Shown here: one piece after another, positions 30,031 to 40,758 of the stretch
Layout of the letters: each line of letters starts with the position of its first letter
How positions within the stretch are numbered: position 1 is the first letter of the stretch
Origin: Candidatus Anderseniibacteriota bacterium
Lineage (GTDB): Bacteria > Patescibacteriota > Andersenbacteria > UBA10190
Length of the DNA stretch: 64,000 bases
Direction of reading: 5' to 3'
Assembly: GCA_035288905.1 (NCBI GenBank)
Contig: DATDYZ010000001.1
Span: 19,172-83,171, forward strand
Notes under the pieces: generated by a model
Told to the model about the DNA's origin: nothing
Database searches by the model: none
The model's input: the letters and a program-made list of their open reading frames with translations, nothing else
Translations under genes and position numbers: made by a program

Positions 30031-30444
30031 ATGAAACGAGCGACGTTATTCACAGACGGCGGGGCGAGGGGTAACCCGGGTCCCGCCGCAATCGGTTTTG
30101 TGCTTACTGGTATTGGAAGCGCGCCTATTTTATATAAAGAATATATTGGGAAAGGCACGAACAACCAGGCAGAGTATCGTGCGTTATTAGCGGGTATTAC
30201 TCGTGCAAAAAAAGAGGGAGTAAAAGATTTGTTGTGCTATTTAGATAGCGAATTAGTGGTAAAGCAGGTGCGAGGAGAATACAGAGTTAAAAATGAAGAG
30301 CTAAAACTTTTGCTTACAGAAATAAAAAAACTACTACCCGTTTTTGATTCTATAACATTCCAACACGTTCCGCGCGCTAAAAACGCTATTGCGGATAAGC
30401 TGGTGAATGAGGCGTTGGACTCCAATTTTGCAGATGGACTATAA
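30031..30444 (+). CDS. rnhA: Ribonuclease HI family protein
   Basis: TDGGARGNPGPA, TNNQAEY, DSELVV, N..AD.L.N. Confidence 0.93.
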   Translation: MKRATLFTDGGARGNPGPAAIGFVLTGIGSAPILYKEYIGKGTNNQAEYRALLAGITRAKKEGVKDLLCYLDSELVVKQVRGEYRVKNEELKLLLTEIKKLLPVFDSITFQHVPRAKNAIADKLVNEALDSNFADGL

Positions 30445-30780
30445 GCCGGATTCTGTTAAAGGCAATCATCTGTCTTGTTCTGCTATCGCTAGCAGAATCT
30501 TTGCCCTCTACCTGCCCCGTTATTCACGAAGCGACTTGAGGTTGCACTCGGTGGGGTTTGCACCCTCGCCGTATTACTACGGCGCGGCGTGGGCTCTTAC
30601 CCCACGATTTCACCATTGCTAATAAAAGCTGTTTGTTTCTGTTGCGCTCTTCGCCCTGCAAGCAGGGTCCCTAGGCTTGCGCCTGGCAGACGTTATCTGC
30701 CACTGTTTTCTTGAGTGTCCGGACTTTCCTCTCAGGCCCTTCGATTTCTCTCAGGGTAAAGCGATTGCCCATCCATCTGC
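30430..30780 (-). ncRNA. rnpB: RNase P RNA
   Basis: Minus strand has GAGGAAAGTCCGG near the 5' end and AACAGAATCCGGCTTAT near the 3' end; P1 GCAGATGGA/TCCATCTGC; upstream TTGACA-N16-TAGCAT. Confidence 0.95.
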
Positions 30781-30844
30781 GTACTCTATGCTACGGTAAA
30801 ATTTCTATTTGTCAATTATACAAGAAAAGCGTACGCTATAAGGC

Positions 30845-32266
30845 ATGAAACGTTCTGAGTTGTTTTTTGGTGCGCTCCTTGTGCCTATCGACTTTATCGC
30901 TCTTTTATCTGCTGCTGCATCGGCATATTTCTTGCGTTTGAGTAACGTTGCACAAGGACTACGGCCCGCAGTGTTTGCCTTCGATTTGCCATTTGCAGAA
31001 TATATGCAACTTGCAAGCATTGTATCGTTTGTGATTATTTTTGTATTTTCTTTACACGGGTTATATGCCATGCGAGTAACCCGCAGGGCACTCGATGAAG
31101 TAACGCAAATATTTTCTGGAATTTCTATCGGAATCATGATTATTATTTTATATATCTTTTTACGCGCTGAACTATTTCAATCTCGTTTTATTATTATCAC
31201 CGCGTACGTATTAGCATTTCTCTTTGTTTCGTTTGGACGTATGCTTGTGCGCCAAATGCAGCATGCCCTGCTGCGTCGCGGAATGGGAGTACATCGGGTG
31301 GTGCTTGCAGGTAATGGGCCATTCGCTCTAGAGCTTGATTCTATTTTTAAGCGGCGTCTCGATCTTGGATACGAAGTAGTAGGAAAAGCAGATGCTATAT
31401 CTTGGGATGCACTGCAAAATATATATAATCAATACGGGATAGATGAAATTATTCAAACAAATCCATCTCTTTCTGATGCGGATAATTTAATTCTTCTTGA
31501 TTTTTCTGAGCAGTATAAAATCGATTATCGATATGTTCCAAATATTTTTGAAACACACGCAATCAACGTTCGATATCGTCAGATAGGTATTGTCCCACTA
31601 CTAGAACTTTCTCGAACACCGCTTGATGGATGGGGAAGGATTGTAAAGCGGGTGATTGATATTGGTGGAGCGCTGTTTGGTGTTGTTCTGTTATCTCCGC
31701 TTTTGTTGATAACGGTATATAGTATTAAACGTAATTCTACCGGGTTAGTGATTTATCGACAAATACGGGCAGGGAGAAACATGATTCCCTTTGAAATCAT
31801 GAAATTCAGAAGTATGTATAGCGAGTTTTGTGTTGGTCCGCGGTATGGAGGGAAGCAAGCAGAAGAGAAGTATAAAGAATTGAAGCAAAATGGAAATGAA
31901 CGAACAGGGCCTCTCTTTAAAATGAAAAAAGATCCGAGGGTAACAAGTGTCGGTCGTGTTATACGTCGCTTGCGTATAGACGAATTGCCGCAGCTTTTTA
32001 ATGTTCTGCGGGGGGAGATGAGTTTGGTTGGCCCACGACCTCACTTATTAGAAGAAATAGCTCAATACGATAAATACCATCGCAAGCTTTTTGCTATTAA
32101 ACCAGGAATGTCGGGCATGGCCCAAGTTGCCGGTAATGCAGGACTTTCGTTTGAAGAAGAGGCAAAATTAGATATTGCGTACATAGAGAACTGGTCACTG
32201 TGGCTTGATATTGTCATTATATTAAAAACCATTGGTATTTTATTTCGAGACAAAAATGCTGTGTAG
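30845..32266 (+). CDS. Polyprenyl-phosphate sugar phosphotransferase (WcaJ/WbaP-like)
   Basis: [30 protein letters not shown]. Confidence 0.95.
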   Translation: MKRSELFFGALLVPIDFIALLSAAASAYFLRLSNVAQGLRPAVFAFDLPFAEYMQLASIVSFVIIFVFSLHGLYAMRVTRRALDEVTQIFSGISIGIMIIILYIFLRAELFQSRFIIITAYVLAFLFVSFGRMLVRQMQHALLRRGMGVHRVVLAGNGPFALELDSIFKRRLDLGYEVVGKADAISWDALQNIYNQYGIDEIIQTNPSLSDADNLILLDFSEQYKIDYRYVPNIFETHAINVRYRQIGIVPLLELSRTPLDGWGRIVKRVIDIGGALFGVVLLSPLLLITVYSIKRNSTGLVIYRQIRAGRNMIPFEIMKFRSMYSEFCVGPRYGGKQAEEKYKELKQNGNERTGPLFKMKKDPRVTSVGRVIRRLRIDELPQLFNVLRGEMSLVGPRPHLLEEIAQYDKYHRKLFAIKPGMSGMAQVAGNAGLSFEEEAKLDIAYIENWSLWLDIVIILKTIGILFRDKNAV

Positions 32267-32272
32267 GGTAGT

Positions 32273-33367
32273 ATGCGTATTTGTATCATCCATGATTACT
32301 TAACGCACATGGGAGGAGGGGAGCATGTATTAGAAGCGCTTGCAGAGGCGTTTCCTTCTGCTCCTGTGTATACGCTTGTGTATGACCAAAATCAAGTTCA
32401 TGTTTCATTTGATAATAGTAGGATTCGGACTTCTTTTCTACAAAAATTCCCGGGTGCAGCGCGTGCGCATCGATATTTTCCGCTTGCGCTTATGCCACTT
32501 GCTATCGAGCAGTTTAATTTGTCGCAGTTCGATGTAATTATCTCTAATGCGCATAGTTTTGGTAAGGGAGTTCTTGTTTCTCCTGGTACGCTTCATATTT
32601 CCTATTGCATGACGCCTACCAGGTATGCGTGGGATGACAGTCATCGATATGTTCGTGAATTTTCTGGAAGTCGTTGGTTTCAGAAATTCGCACCATTTGC
32701 AATTTCCTATATTCGCATGTGGGATTTTTTAGCATCGCAGCGGGTAGATGCATATGTCACGCTGTCAAGGTATGTTTCGAGAAGAATTCAGAAATACTAT
32801 AATCGCTCGTCACATGTTATTTATCCGCCAGTTGATATCGGAAAGTTTTCTTCTACTGCAAATGAAGGACAATACTATCTTGTAGTTTCAAGGCTTGTTC
32901 CGTATAAACGGATAGAGATTGCAATTGCTGCAGCAGAAAACTTAGGGAAAAGACTCAAGATTGCAGGCACCGGGCCAGAGTTGGCAGCGTTACAGCGTAT
33001 CGCTGGGCCTATGACGGAATTTTTAGGGTTTGTTCCTGATGCGTTGTTGCCAGAACTCTATCGCAATGCAAAAGCGCTTCTCTTCCCACAGGAAGAAGAT
33101 TTTGGGTTGACTCCCATTGAAGCTGCTGCAAGTGGAGTGCCCACCATTGCATATGGGGCTGGCGGAGCACTTGAGACAATTATAGATGGCACAACAGGGC
33201 TGTTTTTCCCCGAGCAAGCGACGTGGAGTTTAATGCAGGCGATGCAAGTGTTTGAAGGCAAGACATGGAATAAACAGGTACTCGTTGCGCATGCAGCGCA
33301 GTTTTCCAAACAGCGCTTTATGGCTGAAATACAACAATTTGTACAAAAGGCATACGCGCGTGCATAA
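32273..33367 (+). CDS. GT4 glycosyltransferase (WbaZ-like)
   Basis: HDYL...GGGE, EDFGLTPIEA. Confidence 0.93.
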   Translation: MRICIIHDYLTHMGGGEHVLEALAEAFPSAPVYTLVYDQNQVHVSFDNSRIRTSFLQKFPGAARAHRYFPLALMPLAIEQFNLSQFDVIISNAHSFGKGVLVSPGTLHISYCMTPTRYAWDDSHRYVREFSGSRWFQKFAPFAISYIRMWDFLASQRVDAYVTLSRYVSRRIQKYYNRSSHVIYPPVDIGKFSSTANEGQYYLVVSRLVPYKRIEIAIAAAENLGKRLKIAGTGPELAALQRIAGPMTEFLGFVPDALLPELYRNAKALLFPQEEDFGLTPIEAAASGVPTIAYGAGGALETIIDGTTGLFFPEQATWSLMQAMQVFEGKTWNKQVLVAHAAQFSKQRFMAEIQQFVQKAYARA

Positions 33368-33376
33368 TCATATGAT

Positions 33377-34012
33377 ATGCAAGAAGATCCAAGAGACGCT
33401 ATTCTTTCTTCACTGAGTGCACTTTCCCGTGCTTTTTTTCTTATTTTGAGCCTAAGTTTAATTGTTGCTTTTATTGCCTATGGGGTTGTAAAAAAAATTC
33501 CTGGCACCTATGAAGTGCATTTTTCATATATGGTTTCCATAGAGCAACACGATGTCGCACTCGGGTTTCGGTACGACGGGTATTATGCCCTTTCTTCCAC
33601 GGATTTATTTTCTGCAACGCTTGCAAGTATTGCATCTGCTCCTGAAACAATTATCGCTGCCTACATTGCATCTGGTATACAACCTCCAACGCAAGATGCA
33701 ATTCGTCTTGTTCGTGTAGTTACTGCAAAAAAGACAGCACCCGCGTTAGTTCAAATTACTGTTACGGACGCATCTCAAAAGAATGCAGAACAGCTGACGA
33801 GTGGGCTCATGACAGTTCTCGCAAAAACAATCGATGAATATAATACAAAAGGTCCCGCTTCTCTTATTTTTCATGGAGTTTCTACTACACCATGGACATC
33901 CGTTCATGCTCCTCTGCCACTACCAATTGCGGCATCTATGTTTATGCTTGTTTTTTTGGGTGGAAATATGATTGTCTTGGTTCGGCAGGCGCTTAAGCGA
34001 GGGCATCACTAG
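33377..34012 (+). CDS. Two-TM protein, Wzz/CpsC-like topology
   Basis: N- and C-terminal TM helices around a soluble loop; glycan cluster context. Confidence 0.55.
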   Translation: MQEDPRDAILSSLSALSRAFFLILSLSLIVAFIAYGVVKKIPGTYEVHFSYMVSIEQHDVALGFRYDGYYALSSTDLFSATLASIASAPETIIAAYIASGIQPPTQDAIRLVRVVTAKKTAPALVQITVTDASQKNAEQLTSGLMTVLAKTIDEYNTKGPASLIFHGVSTTPWTSVHAPLPLPIAASMFMLVFLGGNMIVLVRQALKRGHH

Positions 34013-34019
34013 CAGTTGT

Positions 34020-35141
34020 ATGCATATAGCTATTGATGTCCGCTCGCTTATAGGGCTTCGGCATAGTGGGGTAGAGGAATATACAATCCAAATTATCCGC
34101 GCCATGTCGGTAGTTGCGCCGCAGCACACGTATCATTTGTTTTACAGCTCATTTAAAAAAGTAGAGATGCCGTCATTTCGAGAAAATGTGGTTGTGCACC
34201 CATTTCATTATCCCAATAAGCTCATTCATACTTCCCAGTGGTTGTTTTCTCGGCCGCGGTGGGACGTAATGCTTCCGGTTGCTCCTGATGTAGTGTTTGT
34301 TCCAAATCCACACCGAATTCCACTTTCGTATACTGTGCCCCTTGTCTCCGTTGTTCATGATTTGGCTTTTGAGCGGTTTCCAGAGTTTTTAACATTTCGG
34401 AAAAAAGTATCTCATCGGTTTATGCGTAATCCGAAATTTCTTCTGAAAAACTCTAGTCAGGTAATAGCAGTATCTGATTATACAAAAGAAGATGTAGTAG
34501 AACTCTATGAGGTAGATCCTTCTCATATTAGTGTGGTGTATTCAGGAATTAGTGCGAGTAGAACGAGCGCAACTCCATTCCAGGTACAAAACGTGAAACG
34601 AAAGTATACGTTGCCAGAAAAGTTTTTGCTGTTTGTAGGAACAATGGAACCAAGAAAAAATATTTCAGGAGTTGTTTCTGCATTTTCTGCAATAGCAAAT
34701 AGAGTATCACAAGATTTGGTAATTGCGGGGGAGCAAGGGTGGAAAATACGCGAGTTGATGTCTCATATTGCATCTTCGCCGTATTCTGACCGTATTCATC
34801 TTGTAGGGTTTGTTGCAGAAGAAGATAAGAATGCTCTATACGCAGCAGCGGACGTGTTTTTGTACCCGAGTTTTTATGAGGGTTTTGGCTTTCCGCCACT
34901 TGAAGCAATGGTTAATGGTACTCCAGCTGTTGTGTCGTTTAATTCTTCGCTTCCCGAAGTAGTTGGAGAGTGGGCGACATTAGTAGACCCGTATAACACT
35001 TCGCAAATTGCTGCTGTGTTAGAAGAATTATTAGTATCGCCAACAAGGGTGCCAGCAAGTGTCCAAAAAGAAATTAGGGAGAAGTACTCGTGGGAACGCG
35101 CCGCAAAAGAGACGGTGAAAATACTGGAGAGCGTTGTATAG
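34020..35141 (+). CDS. GT4 glycosyltransferase
   Basis: GTMEPRKN, YEGFGFPPLEAM. Confidence 0.94.
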   Translation: MHIAIDVRSLIGLRHSGVEEYTIQIIRAMSVVAPQHTYHLFYSSFKKVEMPSFRENVVVHPFHYPNKLIHTSQWLFSRPRWDVMLPVAPDVVFVPNPHRIPLSYTVPLVSVVHDLAFERFPEFLTFRKKVSHRFMRNPKFLLKNSSQVIAVSDYTKEDVVELYEVDPSHISVVYSGISASRTSATPFQVQNVKRKYTLPEKFLLFVGTMEPRKNISGVVSAFSAIANRVSQDLVIAGEQGWKIRELMSHIASSPYSDRIHLVGFVAEEDKNALYAAADVFLYPSFYEGFGFPPLEAMVNGTPAVVSFNSSLPEVVGEWATLVDPYNTSQIAAVLEELLVSPTRVPASVQKEIREKYSWERAAKETVKILESVV

Positions 35142-35149
35142 TTTACTGT

Positions 35150-36268
35150 ATGCGCATAGCAATCGATGCACGAGCGTTTTATTGGACTGGGATTGGCCGG
35201 TATATTCGCAATATTGCGTCAGAGTTTTTGCGTAATTCTTACGGGCACACGTTTACACTTTTAGTTCCTGAGGGTAAAGAAGATGACGTTAAAAAAGAAC
35301 TCCGGGATGACGGGCACTTTCGATATGTCGGCGTTGAGCCGTCCTATTATTCATTAAAAGAACAAACACGCTTTTTGTTTCAATTAAACAAACTAGACGT
35401 TGATCTCGTGCATTTTGCACATTTTAATGTCCCGTATTTCTATCGAAGACCATATGTGGTAACAATTCACGACATAACCCGGTTTATTTTTCCCGGGCAA
35501 AAGCGGCAGTCGTTCATTCAGCAAATTGCGTATGAAACGGTTTTTAGTAATGCAATAGCAAACGCATGGCAAGTCATTGCTGTTTCAAATACAACCAAGC
35601 ACGATATGCAGATGTTGCCGTTTAGGCACATGGCGCCAATTACGTCTATTTACGAAGGGGTAGATCCTGAATTCTCTCAGCCAGTATCACTTATATCTCG
35701 CCAAAAAACGAGGCTTCTTCTTGGTACTGATCGGCCTTTTTTCTTATTTGTTGGTGTTTGGATGAGTCATAAAAACTTGGTACGTCTTCTCGCTGCATAT
35801 CAAATGGTTCAGAAAAAATTTCCTGAAGTAGCGTTAGTGATAACAGGGAAGCCAGTGCCCGGGTATAGCAATCTCATTGCCTATGTACAAAAAAATAACC
35901 TAGAAAAAGACGTTATATTCCCTGGTTTTGTTCCCCACGCCCTCTTGCCTGCACTATATAGTGAAGCACAAGCGTTTGTATTTCCGAGTCTTTACGAGGG
36001 GTTTGGGCTACCTCCACTTGAAGCCATGACGTGCGGAGCACCAGTTATTGCGTCAAATAGTTCCAGTATTCCTGAGCTGTTGGGGAACGCCGCAGAATAC
36101 ATCAATCCAGAATCGGTGGATGATATTGCACATGGCATGACGAAGATTTTACAAAACCCTACATATGTCAATCAATTAGCCAAAAAAGGCAGAGAATATG
36201 CGAAACAATACCGCTGGGACGTTTGTGCAAAGCAGCATATACAAGTATACGAAAAAGCGCTTGAATAA
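35150..36268 (+). CDS. GT4 glycosyltransferase
   Basis: [19 protein letters not shown]. Confidence 0.94.
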   Translation: MRIAIDARAFYWTGIGRYIRNIASEFLRNSYGHTFTLLVPEGKEDDVKKELRDDGHFRYVGVEPSYYSLKEQTRFLFQLNKLDVDLVHFAHFNVPYFYRRPYVVTIHDITRFIFPGQKRQSFIQQIAYETVFSNAIANAWQVIAVSNTTKHDMQMLPFRHMAPITSIYEGVDPEFSQPVSLISRQKTRLLLGTDRPFFLFVGVWMSHKNLVRLLAAYQMVQKKFPEVALVITGKPVPGYSNLIAYVQKNNLEKDVIFPGFVPHALLPALYSEAQAFVFPSLYEGFGLPPLEAMTCGAPVIASNSSSIPELLGNAAEYINPESVDDIAHGMTKILQNPTYVNQLAKKGREYAKQYRWDVCAKQHIQVYEKALE

Positions 36269-36271
36269 CTT

Positions 36272-36294
36272 ATTCCAAGGCAAAGCCTTGGAAT
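36272..36294. repeat. REP-like palindrome, RAYT1 type, copy 1
   Basis: ATTCCAAGGC-AAA-GCCTTGGAAT. Confidence 0.9.
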
Positions 36295-36340
36295 TGCTTA
36301 TGAATTTGCTAGATATGCTAGAATGATTGGGATTATATCT

Positions 36341-36961
36341 ATGAACTGTAACGAATATCACATAATCGGAATGAGTCCTGGTAATAGCTATTTTAAGGAT
36401 GAAGAAATTCTTTACCTGCTCAAAACTACAATTGATCGTTTTGGTAAGGTAGCTATTTTAATTGCGGATATTCCTGCAATATCTACATACATAGCTTTGG
36501 GGTATCCAGAAAATCGAGCACGGCGTGATAAGGCCATACCAAAAGGCAATGCGTTAAAAAATCGCGTACGAAAAATAATGGCCAAGCTTGGTTATTCTGA
36601 GGATATTGTCAGAATTATTGATTGGGAACATGAAGTAGAAAATAATTCCGAGTATCAGAAAAGCTATCAAAATGTACTTGAATTATACAAGCAGAATCGA
36701 GCGTTTCATAGCGCTGCAGATACTACTACCTACTTAGTGCTTGAAAGCTCAAAAAAGGATTTTGATGACATTGAACTCGCCACTGGTATTGCGGTTCATT
36801 ATCTTTTATCAGAGTTTGCTTTTTTGGAGTTTGCGCCGAGCTTTTTGGAAGCAACAAAAGTTATTTATGTTTATCATAAAAACTGGCAAGTATACGAAGA
36901 TTATATCGCAGGTAAATTTGATCATGTCGTACGTCCAAATTTAGGTTTTCTATTACTATAG
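36341..36961 (+). CDS. tRNA-dependent cyclodipeptide synthase (CDPS), NYH subfamily
   Basis: GMSPGNSYF (catalytic Ser, Asn), YLLSE (YxxxE), VYH; alternative ATG at 36323. Confidence 0.88.
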   Translation: MNCNEYHIIGMSPGNSYFKDEEILYLLKTTIDRFGKVAILIADIPAISTYIALGYPENRARRDKAIPKGNALKNRVRKIMAKLGYSEDIVRIIDWEHEVENNSEYQKSYQNVLELYKQNRAFHSAADTTTYLVLESSKKDFDDIELATGIAVHYLLSEFAFLEFAPSFLEATKVIYVYHKNWQVYEDYIAGKFDHVVRPNLGFLLL

Positions 36962-36983
36962 AATCCCTATGAAACGTAAGCTT

Positions 36984-37006
36984 ATTCCAAGGCTTTGCCT
37001 TGGAAT
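36984..37006. repeat. REP-like palindrome, RAYT1 type, copy 2
   Basis: ATTCCAAGGC-TTT-GCCTTGGAAT. Confidence 0.9.
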
Positions 37007-37035
37007 ATAGTCTATTTTGCGTATAATTACATTAT

Positions 37036-37701
37036 ATGAGTTATCGGCATGTGGGCTTTGCACCAGGTGAGATATATCACATATTCACTCGTGGCGTTGA
37101 GAAAAGAAAGATCTTTCTCTATGATGCTGATCGAATCCGTTTTCTTTCGCTCCTTGTGCATTGTTTACCACAAGGTCCAATCCAAAGTTTTTCTGTCGCG
37201 CAAAAACTCAAGCGAAAAACTGAGATTACCGCTTCTGGCGAAGGGCTAGTAGATATTCTCTGTTACTGCCTTATGAATAATCATATTCACCTGCTCCTGA
37301 AAGAAAATGTCGAAAAAGGTATTTCTATATACATGCAACGACTGCTCACTAGCTACGCTATGTATTTTAACAGAAGATCTGAGCGTTCAGGATCCTTATT
37401 TGTAAATCCGTTTAAGGCGGTTGTAGTTGATGCTGACGATCAATTCCTGCACGTCACTCGATATATTCATCTAAATCCGTTTGTTGCGCATCTGGTTGAA
37501 GACCCCTTTGGATATATTTGGTCTTCTTTACATGAATACACAGCTGCTTCACAAGAAAGTAAAATTTGTCACCCTGAATTACTCCGAGGAATAATGGGAC
37601 AACAGGAGTATCACCGTTTTGTGCTAGATCATGCCGACTATTCGCAGTCGCTTGTAGATAATTATCACCTTCTTATCGACATTGATGAAGAAGTGTCATA
37701 A
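37036..37701 (+). CDS. REP-associated tyrosine (Y1/HUH) transposase RAYT1
   Basis: YHIFTRG, YCLMNNHIHLL (HUH), R.GSLF, RYIHLNP (catalytic Tyr), WSS. Confidence 0.92.
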   Translation: MSYRHVGFAPGEIYHIFTRGVEKRKIFLYDADRIRFLSLLVHCLPQGPIQSFSVAQKLKRKTEITASGEGLVDILCYCLMNNHIHLLLKENVEKGISIYMQRLLTSYAMYFNRRSERSGSLFVNPFKAVVVDADDQFLHVTRYIHLNPFVAHLVEDPFGYIWSSLHEYTAASQESKICHPELLRGIMGQQEYHRFVLDHADYSQSLVDNYHLLIDIDEEVS

Positions 37702-37708
37702 AGGCGTT

Positions 37709-37731
37709 ATTCCAAGGCTTTGCCTTGGAAT
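37709..37731. repeat. REP-like palindrome, RAYT1 type, copy 3
   Basis: ATTCCAAGGC-TTT-GCCTTGGAAT. Confidence 0.9.
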
Positions 37732-37770
37732 GCGTTTGCTCACAACTTTTTCTGGGCGTATCATTTTTGT

Positions 37771-38364
37771 ATGAACGCATACAAAAGAATTGCTAACTTT
37801 TTATTCGAAATAGGGACGATGCGGAAGTTGCCTCGTATGCATCGGCAGATGCTGCTAACGGATGATGATTCTGATACTATTGCTTCTCATTCATACAGAG
37901 TTGCCATTATCGCGTGGATACTTGCTAAACAAGAGGGTGCAGATCCGTACAGATCCGTAATGATGGCGTTGCTTCACGATATTGCGGAAGCTCGAACAGG
38001 AGATCATAATTGGGTTCACAAAAAGTATGTAAAAATATTTGAAGATGAAGTGCACAAAGAACAGTTGAACGGCTTGCCTTTTCCGGAGCTGAAAGAATTT
38101 ATTGACGAGTATGTGAAGAGGGAAAGTAAAGAAGCCGTGGTTGCAAAGCATGCTGATCTTCTGGATCAAGTTTTGTTGCTTCGAGAATACGAATGGCAGG
38201 GAAATAAAGAGGCAACGGTGTGGCTACATGGCAAAGGAAAGACGAAAGGAAATGCACAGCTCAAGAAGCTAACTTTGAAACGGGCAAAGGAACTAGGAAA
38301 GGCAATATACAAAACATCTCCGTCTGCTTGGTGGGACGATTTGTGGACGAGCAAAAATCGGTAA
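37771..38364 (+). CDS. HD-domain hydrolase (YfbR-like)
   Basis: SHSYRV, ALLHDIAEARTGD, AD.LD. Confidence 0.88.
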   Translation: MNAYKRIANFLFEIGTMRKLPRMHRQMLLTDDDSDTIASHSYRVAIIAWILAKQEGADPYRSVMMALLHDIAEARTGDHNWVHKKYVKIFEDEVHKEQLNGLPFPELKEFIDEYVKRESKEAVVAKHADLLDQVLLLREYEWQGNKEATVWLHGKGKTKGNAQLKKLTLKRAKELGKAIYKTSPSAWWDDLWTSKNR

Positions 38365-38382
38365 ATAGGATACAATGAATAC

Positions 38383-40758
38383 GTGAAAGATGTTATTCCT
38401 TCAGGAAAAGACCATACGATTCGTATTGACTGGAAATTGCCGGCTAGGCTTCGTAAACGAACGAGTAGGCCGCACTCAAAGCAGCAAAGTAAAAAACACG
38501 CTGAAAAATCGACACCTCATTTTGCCGCGAAAAAAATCATAACAGAAGCTCCTGGTCAACACATTTCACTTCCGGCACATCATTTTTTTGACCATGCAGC
38601 TCATCCTACAACTGCGGACATTACAATACCAGCTGCAACATTTTCAAAGCCAGTGTTACGGGCAAAGCCGCCGAAAAAGCGTGTAGACCCAGTTCTTATT
38701 ATACAAGAGCGTGATGTAGCGTATCATTTTCCCGAAGTGCGGGTTATACAACCGCAGGCAAAGCCGGCGATGAGCGCATTGTTTTTACTCATTGGACTCG
38801 GAATTGTTTCATTTTTTGTTTGGAATTTGCAGGGGGCGGGGAGGGGAACGGCTGTACTTTCAACGATACAAACAAAGGCTGCAAATGCATTTAGTCATGT
38901 AATACAAGCTCAGGCTGCTCTTGCTATCACGAACACTGTGGAAAGCGAGCGTCAGTTTTCAGCAGCTTCACAAGAATTACTATCTGCAAAAGCAGATATG
39001 GATGAAGCACTCGCTGCATCCAAAAATATTCTTCAAATCCTTGATGTAACAGGCACGGTAAAATCAGGGAGGGACATGCTTGATGTGGGTACTGCGCTTG
39101 CGGATGCAGGGGTTCATATGTCTCGTGCAGTTACACCGTTTCTTTCTGTAACGCTCGATACTTCTTTGGTTGATGCAATTATTGCATCTCGTCCTCATTT
39201 GGAAAATGCACAGCAGGCTATGGATGTTGCAGAAGAAAAGATTCGTGGCGTTGAGACTGCGCTCATGCCAGAAGATATTGCGAGCGATATCGAGAAACTG
39301 CAAGACATTATTCCTCAGGCAAAAAATACTCTTCATCACTTACTTCAAGAAAGCGATACATTGCTTGCTCTTCTAGGCGCGTCGCGAGATCGGCAGTATC
39401 TTATATTGTTTGCAAATAGCGATGAAATGCGTCCCGTAGGAGGGTTTATTGGTACTGTAGGGTTGGTGAATATTTCTCGAGGTAAAGTGGAAAATATTGA
39501 TGTACGGAGTGTATATGACGGTGATGGGCAGCTTAAAAAGTTTCTTGCGCCTCCCAATCCTCTCCTTCCAATCGTAAACAGGTGGTTTTTACGGGATTCA
39601 AATTGGTTTGTTGATTATGAGGTAAGTGCGCGCAAAGCTGCGGAATTATTTGAAAAAGAGGGCGGCCCAACGGTGGATGGGGTTATTACGCTTACTCCAA
39701 AAGTGATACAAAACCTATTAGCGGTTACAGGCCCCATACAAGTTCCTGGGTATGACAGGGTGGTAACCGCTGAAAACTTTATTCAGGTAACTCAGGCGGA
39801 GGTTACATACGAATACGATCGAGAGATTAATAAGCCCAAGCAGTTTTTATCAGACTTAACTCCTCTTTTGCTTACCAAACTTTTTTCATCTACCGGTGAC
39901 ACTACCGCAGGAAGCGGGAAGTTAAAAACACTCCAAGCGCTTACGCAATCGTTAACGCAGAAGGATCTTCTACTATATTTTGTGGATGATGATGCACAAG
40001 AAGAAGCGATGCGGCTGGGCTGGGCTGGTACATTACCTCAAGGTGCGGATGGTTTTTTAATGGTGAATAATGCGAACATTGGTGGGCATAAAAGTGACCA
40101 ATTTATTGAACAGGAGATTGATTATCGGGCAACTATTTTAGAAAATGGAGATGCGGACGTGGTGCTTACGGTGAGGCGTGAACATCATGGACCAGAAGAG
40201 AAAATCGATTATGAGTATCGGGAAGAAGGAGACCCGGCACTCAAGGATAATATTATATACCAACGTACTCTTGTGCCGCTTGGAGCAACGTTTATTGAAG
40301 CAAAAGGATTCACTGCAGAATCAGACGTGCCTCGCCCTTTACTTACAACCAGTACATTGCAGCTAGAGGCAGATCCTGATGTAGCTGCTTGGCAACAAGG
40401 GCAGCATCGTTTACCTGATGGGACAGTTATGGGGACTGAATCGGGGTACACGTTTTTTGCAAATTGGGTTGTTACCAAGCCGGGGCAAACATCGATGACG
40501 CTCTATCATTATCTCATTCCAAACGCAGTTTCAATGCCGAACATATTGCATAATGCATCTTCGTTTGCGCTTTCCCTTTCAAAGCAGCCAGGGCAGCGTC
40601 GCAGTAGTATACGCGCTTCTATTCAATTGCCTTCTGGAATGAGGATTCTTCGTAGCGTTCCAAGCTCTGGAGTAACAATTGAGTCAGATACTACGTTTGT
40701 ATACCGTGGGCAATTGACTTCTGATACCGTGCCAGGCATTGTGTTTGAAAAGCGATAA
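38383..40758 (+). CDS. DUF4012-like membrane-anchored protein
   Basis: YLILFANSDEMRPVGGFIG, LRDSNW, DGVI, NANIGGHKSD. Confidence 0.8.
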   Translation: MKDVIPSGKDHTIRIDWKLPARLRKRTSRPHSKQQSKKHAEKSTPHFAAKKIITEAPGQHISLPAHHFFDHAAHPTTADITIPAATFSKPVLRAKPPKKRVDPVLIIQERDVAYHFPEVRVIQPQAKPAMSALFLLIGLGIVSFFVWNLQGAGRGTAVLSTIQTKAANAFSHVIQAQAALAITNTVESERQFSAASQELLSAKADMDEALAASKNILQILDVTGTVKSGRDMLDVGTALADAGVHMSRAVTPFLSVTLDTSLVDAIIASRPHLENAQQAMDVAEEKIRGVETALMPEDIASDIEKLQDIIPQAKNTLHHLLQESDTLLALLGASRDRQYLILFANSDEMRPVGGFIGTVGLVNISRGKVENIDVRSVYDGDGQLKKFLAPPNPLLPIVNRWFLRDSNWFVDYEVSARKAAELFEKEGGPTVDGVITLTPKVIQNLLAVTGPIQVPGYDRVVTAENFIQVTQAEVTYEYDREINKPKQFLSDLTPLLLTKLFSSTGDTTAGSGKLKTLQALTQSLTQKDLLLYFVDDDAQEEAMRLGWAGTLPQGADGFLMVNNANIGGHKSDQFIEQEIDYRATILENGDADVVLTVRREHHGPEEKIDYEYREEGDPALKDNIIYQRTLVPLGATFIEAKGFTAESDVPRPLLTTSTLQLEADPDVAAWQQGQHRLPDGTVMGTESGYTFFANWVVTKPGQTSMTLYHYLIPNAVSMPNILHNASSFALSLSKQPGQRRSSIRASIQLPSGMRILRSVPSSGVTIESDTTFVYRGQLTSDTVPGIVFEKR

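Noticed and set aside
30407-30622. 71-aa ORF after rnhA
   Set aside because: It is antisense to RNase P RNA.
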